Assembly (NCBI GenBank): GCA_023264445.1
Contig: JAHFMN010000001.1
Location: 69,928 to 133,927 of the forward strand
Length of the DNA: 64,000 nt
Direction of reading: 5' to 3'
Source: Candidatus Kaiserbacteria bacterium
GTDB taxonomy: Bacteria > Patescibacteriota > Minisyncoccia > Phycocordibacterales > Phycocordibacteraceae
In this document: positions 63,605 to 64,000 of the stretch, piece by piece
Position numbering within the stretch: the first letter of the stretch is position 1
How the letters are laid out: each line of letters opens with the position of its first letter
The notes under the pieces: model-generated
Database searches by the model: none
What the model was told of the DNA's origin: nothing
What the model saw: only the letters and a program-made list of their open reading frames with translations
Position numbers and translations under genes: made by a program

Positions 63605-64000
63605 TTATGCCTCCGCCTCAATGATGATGGAGAATGTGCCGAACGTATCGCCAGCAGAGACTGCGATATTAAACGTTCCCAATTCCTTAATCGGCTTCTC
63701 GAGCTTGATGGCATCTTCAGGGAGATCGATGCGTGCCTGCTCTTTCGCAGCTATGCTTATTTCTGACTTCCCTACCGCATCATAGAGATGGCCTTTTTCA
63801 TTTGCTTTTGTCTTAATCACGATGCGAGTCTCCGCAAGAGCAGCGATATTTTGCGCAAGTAGTTTGGCATCCAGCTCTCCGCGGTCCGTCGCTTGTTTAC
63901 GGCGCAATTCCGCCTCCCGCTGTGCTGTAGGCGTCGCAGGAATTGCAAATCGCTTCGGGATGAGGAAATTAAGCGCATAGCCGTCGGTTGCGACGACCTC
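63605..64000 (-). CDS. rplI: ribosomal protein L9, N-terminus beyond the window end
   Basis: The C-terminal domain (LYDAVGKSEISIAAKEQARIDLPEDAIKLEKPIKELGTFNIAV) and, upstream of the first Met, GYALNFLIPKRFA from the N-domain. The ORF is open to the window edge. Confidence 0.85.
   Translation of the reverse strand, partial: EVVATDGYALNFLIPKRFAIPATPTAQREAELRRKQATDRGELDAKLLAQNIAALAETRIVIKTKANEKGHLYDAVGKSEISIAAKEQARIDLPEDAIKLEKPIKELGTFNIAVSAGDTFGTFSIIIEAEA

Overview
This is a compact, gene-dense bacterial segment with almost entirely plus-strand housekeeping genes. It resembles a reduced Patescibacteria/CPR-type genome, based on many truncated core proteins, a SWIB-domain protein and very short intergenic spacers; this placement is an inference. 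Recognisable genes include tgt (5' partial), uvrB-uvrA-uvrC, ddl, ychF, leuS, mltG, mnmA, ogt, ung, alaS, infA-rpmJ-rpsM-rpsK-rpsD-rpoA-rplQ-rplM-rpsI, grpE-dnaK-dnaJ, tyrS, trpS, an archaeal-type aspS, scpA/scpB, a dacA-like gene, mraY-ftsW-murG, gltX, an M23 peptidase, an AlkA-like glycosylase, a LOG-family protein, rpmA and rplI (partial). There are seven tRNA genes: Ala-UGC; an array Val-CAC, Pro-CGG, Pro-GGG, Ala-CGC, Ala-GGC; and Tyr-GUA. There is also a degenerate 5' tRNA-Ala fragment carrying a ~100-nt insertion. The most notable items are (1) a complete Nudix-hydrolase-like domain inserted into LeuRS; (2) an alternative-oxidase-like di-iron protein sitting between tRNA genes; (3) a tightly overlapping five-gene operon encoding two membrane-anchored proteins, an ATP-cone/Mrr-type PD-(D/E)XK nuclease, a Cas4-like Fe-S PD-(D/E)XK nuclease and a minimal Ogt, followed by a ung gene frameshifted in an A5 run; (4) recurrent leaderless, extended -10 promoter architecture; (5) several small unannotated peptide genes. 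No CRISPR array, reverse transcriptase or integrase was found. Coordinates of features I called myself (tRNAs, small ORFs, hairpins, promoters) may be off by 1-2 nt.
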